64,000 bases of DNA from Spirochaetia bacterium (GTDB lineage Bacteria > Spirochaetota > Spirochaetia > UBA9216): the NCBI GenBank assembly GCA_965140585.1, contig OZ223272.1, positions 288,001 to 352,000 of the forward strand, in the 5' to 3' direction. This document shows positions 20,023 to 29,732 of the stretch, in pieces. The first letter of the stretch is position 1, and the number at the start of each line of letters is the position of its first letter. The notes below the pieces were generated by a model. That model saw only the letters and a program-made list of their open reading frames with translations, ran no database searches and had not been told where the DNA came from. Made by a program: the position numbers and the translations under genes.

Positions 20023-21543
20023 TTATTTGACTGCTGCCGCAGCTTTTCTTTCGGCTATGGCCTTCTTGATAACAGGTCCCACGAAACCGTATATAAGAAC
20101 ACCAAGTCCTACTATGATAAATACGCAGGATATAGGTCTGCGGAAAAACTCTGAAAAACCGTTTATTGAATAATTCAGCCCCCTTCTGATATTAAGTTCA
20201 AGCATGGGCGAAAGTATGAATGCCATCAGAAAAGGCAGACTCGGCACCCCGAAGACATCCATAACTATCCCCAGCAGACAGAAGAACAGCGCGACCATCA
20301 GACCGAAGAAGCTTCCTGTAGTCATGAAAGCACCGGTCAAAGCCAGAATTACAACCATTGAATAGAGGTAGTGATAGGGAATCTTCAGCAGAGCTGGAAA
20401 GGTCTTCATACAGAATGTTTCATACAGAAGACAGATTACTGCAGCAATAAGGGCTGCAATAAAAATGATGTAAACGATCATCGGCTGTTCACGCATGAAC
20501 ATCGGACCTACGTTTATTCCCTTAACATTCAGGGCAGTAATAAACTGAACATTGGCCGCGTCTCCGGGAATACCCAGTGCGATAAGCGGAATAAGAGCAC
20601 CGCCGATTGCGGAGTTCTTGGCAATTTCGGGACAGAGAACACCGGCAATCTCACCCTTGCCCCATTTGGACTTGTCCTTTGCAAGCATTCTCTCGGTGGA
20701 ATAGCCCATAACAGAGGCAACAGGACCGCCGAGGCCCGGAAGGAATCCTACAACAGCACCGAGGATCCAGGATCTCAGTACGGGAAGTTTATTCTTTGAA
20801 AGGTCTTTTCCGGGCCACTTGTACCCGCCGACCTTGATATCGATTTTCTGTTCAGTCTTACTTGCCCTCGCATATTCAAGTAGAATAATCTTGGCGGCAA
20901 AAAGGCCAAGCATTACGCTGATAAGGTTCAGGCCCTTTAGGAACTCAAGACGTCCGAAAAGTAAAAAACGTCCGCTTGCATTTATGGGGTCTTCACCGAT
21001 TGAAGCCAGAAAGATTGCAAGGCCTACACCAATCATACTCTTTACGAGGTTGCCTTTGGACAGTCCTACAACCATCAGAATTGCGCAGAAACATAAGGCG
21101 GCATATTCCCATGGCCCAAGTTTAACCGCCCATATTGCAATGCCGCGGCAGGCAAAGATTGCAAGGATGATTGAAGGGAAGGTTCCCAGAAAGTTAACTG
21201 TTACCGCTGCGCTTAAGGGGCGGACAGGGTCTCCCTGCTTGGTAAACTCGTACCCGTCCCAGACCGTTGCCAGCGAAGAGGCAGTGCCTGGAATTCCCAG
21301 AAGAATTGAACCGATACATCCGCCGGACATACCTCCTATTACAATTGAAATAAACAGCGCCAGAACCAGGTTGGTATCCAGACGATAGGCTATAGGTAAT
21401 AAAATTACCATCAACGTTGAGCTTCCCAGGCCGGGAATAGCTCCAAGCACGATTCCGCCCAGGGCTCCCGCTATTATGTATATAAGTCCTGTAGGCGTAA
21501 AAATATTATGCAGTGCACCAAAAATTAAATCCATTATTTCCAT
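20023..21543 (-). CDS. tctA: TctA tripartite tricarboxylate transporter permease
   Basis: GAIPGLG, ILLGIPGTASSLAT.WDG, GFLPGLG, PEIAKNS..GGALIPLIALGIPGD. Confidence 0.92.
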   Translation of the reverse strand: MEIMDLIFGALHNIFTPTGLIYIIAGALGGIVLGAIPGLGSSTLMVILLPIAYRLDTNLVLALFISIVIGGMSGGCIGSILLGIPGTASSLATVWDGYEFTKQGDPVRPLSAAVTVNFLGTFPSIILAIFACRGIAIWAVKLGPWEYAALCFCAILMVVGLSKGNLVKSMIGVGLAIFLASIGEDPINASGRFLLFGRLEFLKGLNLISVMLGLFAAKIILLEYARASKTEQKIDIKVGGYKWPGKDLSKNKLPVLRSWILGAVVGFLPGLGGPVASVMGYSTERMLAKDKSKWGKGEIAGVLCPEIAKNSAIGGALIPLIALGIPGDAANVQFITALNVKGINVGPMFMREQPMIVYIIFIAALIAAVICLLYETFCMKTFPALLKIPYHYLYSMVVILALTGAFMTTGSFFGLMVALFFCLLGIVMDVFGVPSLPFLMAFILSPMLELNIRRGLNYSINGFSEFFRRPISCVFIIVGLGVLIYGFVGPVIKKAIAERKAAAAVK

Positions 21544-21555
21544 TATTTTTTATCC

Positions 21556-22050
21556 TCAGTAGAGAAGTTTAAATACCAAACCTTCGGGAAGCCTTGCGTT
21601 AAGACCTACAACATACGCAAGGTATACACAAACGCTGGCAATTACCGCATAGATAAGGCTTTTCAGAATACGCTTTTTCAGCTCAAGCTCCTTCAGCGAC
21701 AGCCTGCTCATAAGAAAGGTAAGAGTGAAGGCAATAATCGGAAGAGAGAGCATAAATCCCAGAAGGAAAAACAGAAGAGCAACTCCGATATAAACACCGA
21801 ACATGGTAAGTGCCGAGAGCCACTGTTTACGGGTAAGGAAGGTACCCGCCACCTTACCAGGCTTGATAATCAGCGCAATTCCGCAGATAAGCATAATTGC
21901 GGCACCGGTCATCGGGAACATTTTGGGACCCGGGTCACCGTCATATCCTGAAGCCCTGAGCTGCATTGAAAGAATAGTAATCAACGCAGCAATCACAATA
22001 GTAGCAACACCAAGGATAAAATCTTTCTTGTTTTTTATATATTCAGTCAT
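21556..22050 (-). CDS. tctB: TctB small membrane subunit
   Basis: DPGPKMFP motif, 4 TM segments, C-terminal LPEG. Confidence 0.88.
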   Translation of the reverse strand: MTEYIKNKKDFILGVATIVIAALITILSMQLRASGYDGDPGPKMFPMTGAAIMLICGIALIIKPGKVAGTFLTRKQWLSALTMFGVYIGVALLFFLLGFMLSLPIIAFTLTFLMSRLSLKELELKKRILKSLIYAVIASVCVYLAYVVGLNARLPEGLVFKLLY

Positions 22051-22109
22051 TTTGAAATTTCCGTTTTAAATAGTTTGGGTCTGAGCGCAGCACGAGGCGG
22101 GCAATTCAT
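22047..22109 (-). CDS. 20-aa upstream mini-ORF (MNCPPRAALRPKLFKTEISK) coupled to tctB
   Basis: AAAGGAG SD, 6 nt, ATG at 22109. Its TGA overlaps the tctB ATG (ATGA). Confidence 0.45.
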   Translation of the reverse strand: MNCPPRAALRPKLFKTEISK

Positions 22110-22208
22110 GTAGATCTCCTTTAATAAAAATTTTCTTTTCCTTTGATTCTCAGGCTAACACGTTTTAGTTTTTCCTTAAAAATCATTTTTTAAAGACGCC
22201 CGATAACC

Positions 22209-22255
22209 TGTGATAAAAGCACATTAATGGAAGTAATTTTTGTACTTTTCGCACA
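22209..22255. promoter_or_regulatory. Two candidate PucR/CdaR-family operator sites
   Basis: TGTGATAAAAGCACA (22209-22223) and TGTACTTTTCGCACA (22241-22255), both TGT-N9-ACA, 32 bp apart. Confidence 0.45.
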
Positions 22256-22351
22256 CCGGCCTGCTCAAACGGTTTAATTCGACAAAACCAGCGATTAAGA
22301 ATATAATCAAGCCTTAAGTTCCGTTTTTAAACATTCAGGAGTACAAAAACA

Positions 22352-23917
22352 ATGCTTTATCTGTCATATCTATTCCAGCATCTGAGGCAGTGCACCGTTT
22401 ACGCCGATGAAAAGAACCTGCCGGAAACATGCCCGCAGGAAGTTGATTTTATAGATGATCAGAAAAGCCTTTGCGCAGATAAGACATGGATAGGCGCGGG
22501 CGAGGAAACAGTAAGAAATCTTCAAAATGCCGAAATTGAACCCGGTACTGTAATTTTTATATGTGAACACAAATCAAATTATGTGATCCTGAACAAGAAT
22601 CCTGAAATTACGGTTATATACCTTTCCTGTCCGCGGACGAACCTTTTTATTATGATCAACAAAATACTCACTCTCAGGCAGATCTGGCTTGATAAATATG
22701 CCACAGCTGATGATCAGTCCTTATACGCAATGCTTAATCTGACATCCGATTTTGCAGAATCTCCGGTCATTCTGCTGAATCCGAATTACCGCATCGTACT
22801 CAGCTGCAAATTGGAAGAAAGCAAATTTCTAGCCGGACATCTGGACCAGACAGGAGCTCTCCCAAAAAAAATTGCAGACTCTATTTTTATAAACAGATCG
22901 GAGAAGCATTTACCGGTTGAATACAAGGTAGCCGAGAGCGGTATTCGCCTTTACGGATACCGGATATATCACGAGGATCAGCTTGTTAGTGTTATCTTGA
23001 TTGAAAGCAGCATTGAACAGACCGAGATTGACTGCAGGGGATTATGCGTCTGTGCCGGACAGGCGATTCACCGCCACATACTGCCGGCCAATTCGCTGAA
23101 GCTTGGAACCTATACAAAGGACTTCAGACAGTTCTGGATGGAAATAATGGATCAAAGCCTGACCCAGACCTTCGAGATAATTCAGAGACTGAGGCTGATG
23201 CCCTTTCCAATTGAAACCTTTGTCCGCGTGATTGTTGTAACATTCCGGAATAAAAACACAAAGCAGACGCCCTCAAGTTTTATATTTGCACAGCTGCGCG
23301 AAGTGTTTCCGGACTGCAATATGACGATTCACGAGAATGAGGTTGTGATTCTTCAAACCTATCCACAGCGGACATTCAACCTAAACCTTGACACAAAAAG
23401 GCTTGAAACCATTCTTGAGCGGCACAACGGTTTCATTGGGATAAGCAACGGAACCAGGGATTTCGGAAACCTGCGCTCACTCTATATTCTGGCAAAAAAC
23501 ACAATTCCGCTGGCCTGCGAACTTAGGGAGAACCTAAAAGAGAGGATATTCTTTTACGAGGAGTTCTGGATATATACCGCAATAGATATGTGCGCTCACA
23601 GGTTTTACGAACTTCATCACCATAACGACATAGTCTATCTGATTCATCCGGCGGTTGTGCACCTGACCAGATACGACAGGGATCATAACACAAACCTTAG
23701 GGACACCCTGTTTTATTATCTGCTGAATGACCGCAACCTGGTAAAAACAGCGGCGGTTACCTATGCTCACAGAAATACAGTCATAAATAAGGTTAATAAA
23801 ATCAACAAACTCATTGAGCTTGATCTTGAGGACGGCATTCTGCGTCAGCGTATTATATTCTCATGCCAAATGATAAGGTATCATGAAAAGTACATGAAAC
23901 GCGAACTGAAGATATAA
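22352..23917 (+). CDS. PucR/CdaR-family transcriptional activator
   Basis: C-terminal LTRYDRDHNTNLRDTL.YYL...NLVKTA...AHRNTV..KVNKI HTH. Divergent from the tct-GRE operon. Confidence 0.88.
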   Translation: MLYLSYLFQHLRQCTVYADEKNLPETCPQEVDFIDDQKSLCADKTWIGAGEETVRNLQNAEIEPGTVIFICEHKSNYVILNKNPEITVIYLSCPRTNLFIMINKILTLRQIWLDKYATADDQSLYAMLNLTSDFAESPVILLNPNYRIVLSCKLEESKFLAGHLDQTGALPKKIADSIFINRSEKHLPVEYKVAESGIRLYGYRIYHEDQLVSVILIESSIEQTEIDCRGLCVCAGQAIHRHILPANSLKLGTYTKDFRQFWMEIMDQSLTQTFEIIQRLRLMPFPIETFVRVIVVTFRNKNTKQTPSSFIFAQLREVFPDCNMTIHENEVVILQTYPQRTFNLNLDTKRLETILERHNGFIGISNGTRDFGNLRSLYILAKNTIPLACELRENLKERIFFYEEFWIYTAIDMCAHRFYELHHHNDIVYLIHPAVVHLTRYDRDHNTNLRDTLFYYLLNDRNLVKTAAVTYAHRNTVINKVNKINKLIELDLEDGILRQRIIFSCQMIRYHEKYMKRELKI

Positions 23918-23928
23918 GGTTCCCCGGA

Positions 23929-24777
23929 TTAAGAAAAATTATTCCTGCACATATCGACAATCTCGTCCCTGCGGTCAACGCCCAGCTTGTCCCTGATATG
24001 CTTCATATGCTCTTTAAGTGTATAGGGTGAGATCCCGAGCCTTTCAGCCAATGCTCTGTCCCTTTCCCGGTAAACAACCAGAGCCTCAATAACCTCCATC
24101 TCTCTGGGAGTAATACCCATGGAGTCAAGATCGGCAGGCTGGGTCAGCTGTCTGTACACCAGATCAAGATCATCAAGCTTGTTCTGCAGGCGGGTCCGCT
24201 CCATCTCTATCCGGCTCAGTTTATTTTCAGCCTCGGTTGTTAATTTTACGTAATAGATTATTTCATTTGAATAGATAGTGTATAGGACACCTATAAAGAC
24301 AAGGATATACATTATTGCATCCAGGCCGGCATTCCAGTGCACCACACCGCTCTGAAGCCTTGCAGCAATTTCAATAATAACAAATATTATACCTATAAAT
24401 AGAAATATCTTTAAAAGGGGCTTCTTCTCAAAGAGACCGTAGCGGAAACCGATTATCAAAGCAAGGATAACCAGGCCCAGTCCATGGAAGGAATTATAAA
24501 CATCAAGAATTGCAATTGCACCTACAAGAAAGAAGATACACAGCTGAACATACCTTAAGAAATTGATGTCCTTAAGTGAAGTTAAGAAGGTAATGATTGA
24601 AACTGCAAGTATAACGCTTACGGAAGGATACAGCAGTGCATCAAGAACTGAGACTCTTTGCAAAAGACCGACAAAGTTAATAATTACAACAAGCATCCCA
24701 AGAGAGGAAACTATGTAGGCGATTCTTTTTTGTACCTTAAAAACCGAAGATTTTTTAGCTGATATCCCAGAAGCCAT
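23929..24777 (-). CDS. Membrane-anchored LuxR-family regulator (about 6 TM + coiled coil + HTH)
   Basis: GITPREMEVI...LAERLGISPYTLKEHMKHIRDKLGV. Hydrophobic N-half. Start at 24777 or 24783, overlapping the upstream gene. Confidence 0.85.
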   Translation of the reverse strand: MASGISAKKSSVFKVQKRIAYIVSSLGMLVVIINFVGLLQRVSVLDALLYPSVSVILAVSIITFLTSLKDINFLRYVQLCIFFLVGAIAILDVYNSFHGLGLVILALIIGFRYGLFEKKPLLKIFLFIGIIFVIIEIAARLQSGVVHWNAGLDAIMYILVFIGVLYTIYSNEIIYYVKLTTEAENKLSRIEMERTRLQNKLDDLDLVYRQLTQPADLDSMGITPREMEVIEALVVYRERDRALAERLGISPYTLKEHMKHIRDKLGVDRRDEIVDMCRNNFS

Positions 24778-25303
24778 CGACATCTCCTGAACTCAAAATT
24801 TCATCCATTTCAGGACTTTCTACATTTTGTATTTCAGTGAGAAGTTGAGTTTCAACTGCCGAAGCATCCCATTTACCGGCAGAAACAGGATTATACTTCC
24901 CCTTAGCTCCGTCGGAGTCGGTATCCTTCACGTGGTTGCGCAGACTCTGAAGTGCAAGCAGAGCCATTCCTCTTTTTATGATCTTTTCATCACCGCCCTG
25001 AAAATTCGATATATTGAACAGCCTGGCATAGACATCCTGATCATCAAGGTCATTATGTTCAAAAACAGATTTTCCCGCGGCCCTGGCAATATGGTATACA
25101 GCAAGATTCGCAACCGAGGTCCTCATTGGCTGTGAACAGCCGGCCAGAAAGGGGATTGCGGCAATAAGCTTTGCAGTTTTGTTTTCTGATAATTTCTTAC
25201 TTTCATCAGCACTGAAACCGAATGAAGAAGAAACAACAGAAACTATGCTTTCCCATTGCCCGTCCGTGAACCCTGCTGAACTTGAATTTTCCAAAGTACC
25301 CAT
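24755..25303 (-). CDS. Hypothetical protein, possibly isoprenoid-synthase (ComQ-like) fold with C-terminal Trp tail
   Basis: GGAGG SD. NDLDDQD and LQSLRNHVKDTDSDGAKGKYNP acidic motifs. Ends DGFWDIS. The function is speculative. Confidence 0.6.
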   Translation of the reverse strand: MGTLENSSSAGFTDGQWESIVSVVSSSFGFSADESKKLSENKTAKLIAAIPFLAGCSQPMRTSVANLAVYHIARAAGKSVFEHNDLDDQDVYARLFNISNFQGGDEKIIKRGMALLALQSLRNHVKDTDSDGAKGKYNPVSAGKWDASAVETQLLTEIQNVESPEMDEILSSGDVDGFWDIS

Positions 25304-25364
25304 GAAAACCTCCCGAAAATCTAAATAGATTATAAACGGGATAAGCATTTTTAGTCACTATGTT

Positions 25365-28300
25365 TTATTCAATATATAGACAAACTTCACCCATAAGCCC
25401 CGCAGCTTCAGTTACATACTCCGGGGTGAAGGCCGCACCGGAGGGATGAAAATCTTCCCAGCTTATTCTGCTGCAGACATCTGCAGATCTGTGAAGCGGC
25501 CCAAGAAGGTTGCGAAGGTTTCCGACTATCTCAATTTCAACCGAGACAAGCCCGGCTGTAGGGGCAATTTTACCACTGACGTCAATATCCGTCTCACGAA
25601 GGGCAAAGACAGGCTGATTTCCGCCAATTCTAATTACGGCAAGAGCACCGCGGAACTCACCCAGGTGAAGCATCAGCCGTCGACCCTCAGAAGCCTTAAT
25701 CTCAGGCAGTGCTGCTGCAGGAATTTCATACTGGTAGATACAGCTGCCCGGGTAATGCTTCAGCCCCTGAAGCGACCAGTCTCCCCGCTCAAGAACCGAC
25801 GGCATTTCGATAATGCGGCGGGACGGGCTGACCCCGAAACTTCCTGTAATGTAGATATCTTCAAGCTCGGTTGATGAGCAGTACATCAGATCTATTTCAA
25901 GCACATTCTCACCGGCTACAAGCGCAGGAATCCGGTGCTTGATAAAATCTTCATCGATAAACCACTGTTCTGTCTGTTCACAGGCCCTGGAATTACAGCT
26001 GATTTTCATCCCTGCGGATTTTTCAACTGCCGCAAAGACTTCTCTCTCGGGGATGCAGTCCGCGGTAAAAGAGAACCGCAATGAAAGCGGATACTCTTTT
26101 TTATCATCAATCCAGAGGTAGCGCTGGGGTGCACCGTTGTAGTGGACAGCCTGCATGCCAAAACGTTCGCGGATAATCTTCTGAGCCTGCCATACCGGCA
26201 GCTCATCACTCCATGCCTCATCGGCAATTCTGAAACTGCAGATATCAAGGGTAAGATCGTTTTCACTTGTAAGCCTGACAGGAGAGACAGCGGGAAATCC
26301 GTAAACAAGCTCAACAGAATCATGGGGATGCCGATAGTAGAGCGAAAGAGCCTGGGATACTTCAGGTTCAGCGGTCTCATCAATAAAAAAGACCACAGTT
26401 TCCTCTGCTTCAAATGAGAGCCTGCAGTTCATTCCGCCCTGATTATCAAGTTCAACAGGAACTATGGACTGATCTCCGGAAAGCAGATCAAGCCGGGTAA
26501 GCCTTCCCCTGTCGGCGAATTTCAGAATAAGTCCATCAAGTTTTTCAGCAGCGGTATTTACAATTGTAACAGCCCTGCCCGTTTCAAGGGTACGGGTCAT
26601 CGAAAGCAGCCGGTCACAGTCGGTTCCGAATCCGTCACATATCCGCACCGGCCTTTGAACCATGGATGACATCAAGGAGACAAGCTCCCCTAAACGGCCT
26701 GCAGGATGTACGCGGAAATGACCTGTAAGCTCTGCTATCTTTCCGGATTTTTCAGCATCAACGTATTCAGGATAGGGAGTCATCCAGAAGATATGCCCCC
26801 CTGATTCAAGAAACCCGCTTAGAAGCTCAATGGTAGAGGCCATCAGAGTCTGAAGCGGCGGAACTATTACATAAGAATACCGGTGGTAACCAACCTGCAG
26901 TTTATCTCCACTTACGGCCGCGGAATCTTTCATGATAAGCTCATCACCGAAATCAAAATCAAACTGACGGGCAAGAAGTTGATGTGTCAGCTGGTTGTAG
27001 TAGTCGCCTTCGCGATTGAGATTCATCAGATGCCCATCAAGCCAGCCCATGTTCATGTACACTTTTGAAAGATCTTCATCAGCAGAACTGCCCGACTTCA
27101 TCCAGAACGTTCCCACCGGATGAATCATGAGGATATCGCGGTGAACCTCCCCGGAGGTCGTGCAGACACCCAGGCGTGCAAAGTAGTCTTCCATAAAATG
27201 AGAATATTCCCAGAATGTTGACTGATAGTTGAAAGCCGGCGGATAATCACGCTTTCTGCAGCCGCTTATCGAGTAAAGAGTCAGATGCTGACACCTTTTG
27301 TTGACACCCATCACATACTGCCAGTCTCCAAGACGTTTCTGACCGGCAAAAGAGAACTCCCAGCCGGTGCATCCGTACATCTCTGACAGGACCATTTCGC
27401 GGCGGAACTGGTTGGCAACGCTTGTACACTGTTTTACCGTAAGATACTCACTGCGCTGATCACCAAGCAGGTCTATTCCGGGAGCATGCATATAGCGGTA
27501 GTGCGGCATAACCGCCCCGTTGCAGCGGACGCCGTAGCCGAGATCGTTTTCATAAAGCATATGGCCGGTAAGTTTTACATCATGCCCTTCACACCAGTCA
27601 TAGAGCTGTCTTGTATATGAAGAAACAAAGATTTCGGTAAGTGTAAGCCAGTAATCATAGCGGGCCTTTCCCGAGCCTTCGCCCTTAAAGAAAAGAAACG
27701 GCAGGATGCCTAAAATCTCATATCCGCGGGATTCTTTAAAATACTGTGAAAAAGAATCGGTCCATGGAAGCCAGGGCCGCCCCTGTGTAAAATTCGCGAA
27801 AAAGTCACAGACGTTGGGTTCATCAGTAAAAAAGCCCTTGATTGCCGTGCCGAGTTTTTCACCGAAGCGGTCGGCATAAGCCTTATGGGTTTTATTCAAA
27901 AACAGGCGGACCGCTTCCGGGTTCATGTTATCGCTTGGCGCAGAGCCGTTATACCATTCCGAGGGGCCTGAGAGCTCTCTTCTGAAAACCAGAAAGCGCT
28001 TTTCTTCACCGGGGCCAGCGTAGGGCTCAGCAGGGAAGACCGCTAGAATATCGGCGTCGTTGGAGGGGGTTTTGTTTGTGCTTATTTCAAGGGTCAGTGC
28101 TTTGGCTGAAAAATGCTGCGGATTGGCAGCGCTTACCGCCCCCCCGACACTGCCGGAGGGCCAGGTGTCCTCATCATAGATCCAGACTTCCATGCCAGAT
28201 TTTTCGGCATGATTCAGGGCTGCATCTGTACAGTCCATCCACTCATCTGAAAGGTACTCTGTTTCAAGCCCTTCCCGTGAATGAATGAAAAAGCCGCCTA

Positions 28301-28439
28301 TGCCCTGCTCTTTCATCAGATCAATCTGACCGGTAAGCCTTTCGGGCCGGAGTGAATCGTTCCAGGCCCAGAAGGGTGCTGAACGGTACTTCGGTGAAGC
28401 CTCGTTCAGCCTTTTGTTTATCTCATCGAGTGTATCCAT
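25365..28439 (-). CDS. Cytoplasmic glycoside hydrolase, GH106 (alpha-L-rhamnosidase)-like
   Basis: PFWAWN, GIGGFFIH, WIYDEDTWPSG, GFFTDEP, PGIDLL, LSEMYG, KRDYPP. No signal peptide. Confidence 0.75.
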   Translation of the reverse strand: MDTLDEINKRLNEASPKYRSAPFWAWNDSLRPERLTGQIDLMKEQGIGGFFIHSREGLETEYLSDEWMDCTDAALNHAEKSGMEVWIYDEDTWPSGSVGGAVSAANPQHFSAKALTLEISTNKTPSNDADILAVFPAEPYAGPGEEKRFLVFRRELSGPSEWYNGSAPSDNMNPEAVRLFLNKTHKAYADRFGEKLGTAIKGFFTDEPNVCDFFANFTQGRPWLPWTDSFSQYFKESRGYEILGILPFLFFKGEGSGKARYDYWLTLTEIFVSSYTRQLYDWCEGHDVKLTGHMLYENDLGYGVRCNGAVMPHYRYMHAPGIDLLGDQRSEYLTVKQCTSVANQFRREMVLSEMYGCTGWEFSFAGQKRLGDWQYVMGVNKRCQHLTLYSISGCRKRDYPPAFNYQSTFWEYSHFMEDYFARLGVCTTSGEVHRDILMIHPVGTFWMKSGSSADEDLSKVYMNMGWLDGHLMNLNREGDYYNQLTHQLLARQFDFDFGDELIMKDSAAVSGDKLQVGYHRYSYVIVPPLQTLMASTIELLSGFLESGGHIFWMTPYPEYVDAEKSGKIAELTGHFRVHPAGRLGELVSLMSSMVQRPVRICDGFGTDCDRLLSMTRTLETGRAVTIVNTAAEKLDGLILKFADRGRLTRLDLLSGDQSIVPVELDNQGGMNCRLSFEAEETVVFFIDETAEPEVSQALSLYYRHPHDSVELVYGFPAVSPVRLTSENDLTLDICSFRIADEAWSDELPVWQAQKIIRERFGMQAVHYNGAPQRYLWIDDKKEYPLSLRFSFTADCIPEREVFAAVEKSAGMKISCNSRACEQTEQWFIDEDFIKHRIPALVAGENVLEIDLMYCSSTELEDIYITGSFGVSPSRRIIEMPSVLERGDWSLQGLKHYPGSCIYQYEIPAAALPEIKASEGRRLMLHLGEFRGALAVIRIGGNQPVFALRETDIDVSGKIAPTAGLVSVEIEIVGNLRNLLGPLHRSADVCSRISWEDFHPSGAAFTPEYVTEAAGLMGEVCLYIE

Positions 28440-28448
28440 CTGCTGTTA

Positions 28449-29732
28449 TCAGGACATGAACCTGTTCGGAATTGCCATAACAATATCCGGAATGTAGGTA
28501 ATTGCCAGAAGAACCGCAATCATAACCAGAATCATCGGAATAATTTCACGTATAACGCCGCTTATCTTTGTTTTTCCCAGTCCGGCAACAATGAAGAGCA
28601 GCATTCCGAATGGAGGTGTTGAAAGACCTATCATCATATTGAAACAGATTATTACACCGAAATGTACAAGGTCGATTCCGAATGCATTAACAAGCGGAAG
28701 AACCATCGGAACAAATACAAGCTGTATGGTGCTCACATCAAGGACACAGCCCAAAAGCAGAAAGATAACATTAACAACCATGAGGAAGACGTATTTGTTT
28801 TCGGTAATTCCCATTACAACGCCTGCAATAGCACGGGGAACCTGTTCAAGAGCGATGATATATGAGAAAAGCATTGAAGTACCTGCAAGAAGTGCAAGGG
28901 TTGCTGTATTGGCAGCGCTTTTCTTGATGATTCTCCAGAACTTTTCAGGTCCGAGGTTCCGGTAGATAATGATTGAAATAATTATCGCATAACTCGAGGC
29001 AAGAGCTCCGGCTTCGGTCGGGGTTACGATACCGAGGTAGATTCCGCCGAGAAGGAGGACTACTGTAAAAAGTGCGGGAATTGCACTGATTGAAACCCTG
29101 ATAAACTGACGTATCGCCATCATCTCACCGCGCGGATATTTACGTTTTGCAGAAACAATAGCTACATAGCCTGCAAGCATCAGAGAAAGGATGATTCCGG
29201 GAATCATACCGCCCATGAAAAGCTTGCCGATTGAAGCGCCTGAAAGCATTGCATAGATAACCATCGGGATACTCGGCGGAAATATAGGGCCGACTGTAGC
29301 GGATGCCGCTGTAAGTGCACAGCTGAAAGAAGAGTCATAGCCCTCTTTTTTCATCTGTTCAATTTCCATCAGTCCGATTCCGGAAGCATCTGCAATAGCT
29401 GAACCTGTCATCCCTGAAAAAATCAGTGATGCAGCTACATTAACCTGGGCTGTTCCGCCCCGCAGACGACCGAAAAGACCGTTACAGAATTTGAACAGCT
29501 TGTCGGTAATTTCGCCCTCGTTCATGACGTTAGCCATAAATATAAACAGGGGCGCCGCAAGCATTGTATAGTTTGAGAACATGTTTCCCGACATAACCGT
29601 AAAAACCTGCTCGAGACTTCTTCCGCTCAGAAGGAAGTAACTGATCGACGCTGCAAGCATCGCCATTGAAACGGGCATTCTGATGATGAAACAGAGAGCC
29701 AGAATCAGAAAAAGAATAAGTACTACGTTCAT
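28449..29732 (-). CDS. dctM: TRAP transporter large permease
   Basis: FSGMTGSAIADA, GPIFPPSIPM, TPTEAG, TPPFG. Confidence 0.93.
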   Translation of the reverse strand: MNVVLILFLILALCFIIRMPVSMAMLAASISYFLLSGRSLEQVFTVMSGNMFSNYTMLAAPLFIFMANVMNEGEITDKLFKFCNGLFGRLRGGTAQVNVAASLIFSGMTGSAIADASGIGLMEIEQMKKEGYDSSFSCALTAASATVGPIFPPSIPMVIYAMLSGASIGKLFMGGMIPGIILSLMLAGYVAIVSAKRKYPRGEMMAIRQFIRVSISAIPALFTVVLLLGGIYLGIVTPTEAGALASSYAIIISIIIYRNLGPEKFWRIIKKSAANTATLALLAGTSMLFSYIIALEQVPRAIAGVVMGITENKYVFLMVVNVIFLLLGCVLDVSTIQLVFVPMVLPLVNAFGIDLVHFGVIICFNMMIGLSTPPFGMLLFIVAGLGKTKISGVIREIIPMILVMIAVLLAITYIPDIVMAIPNRFMS

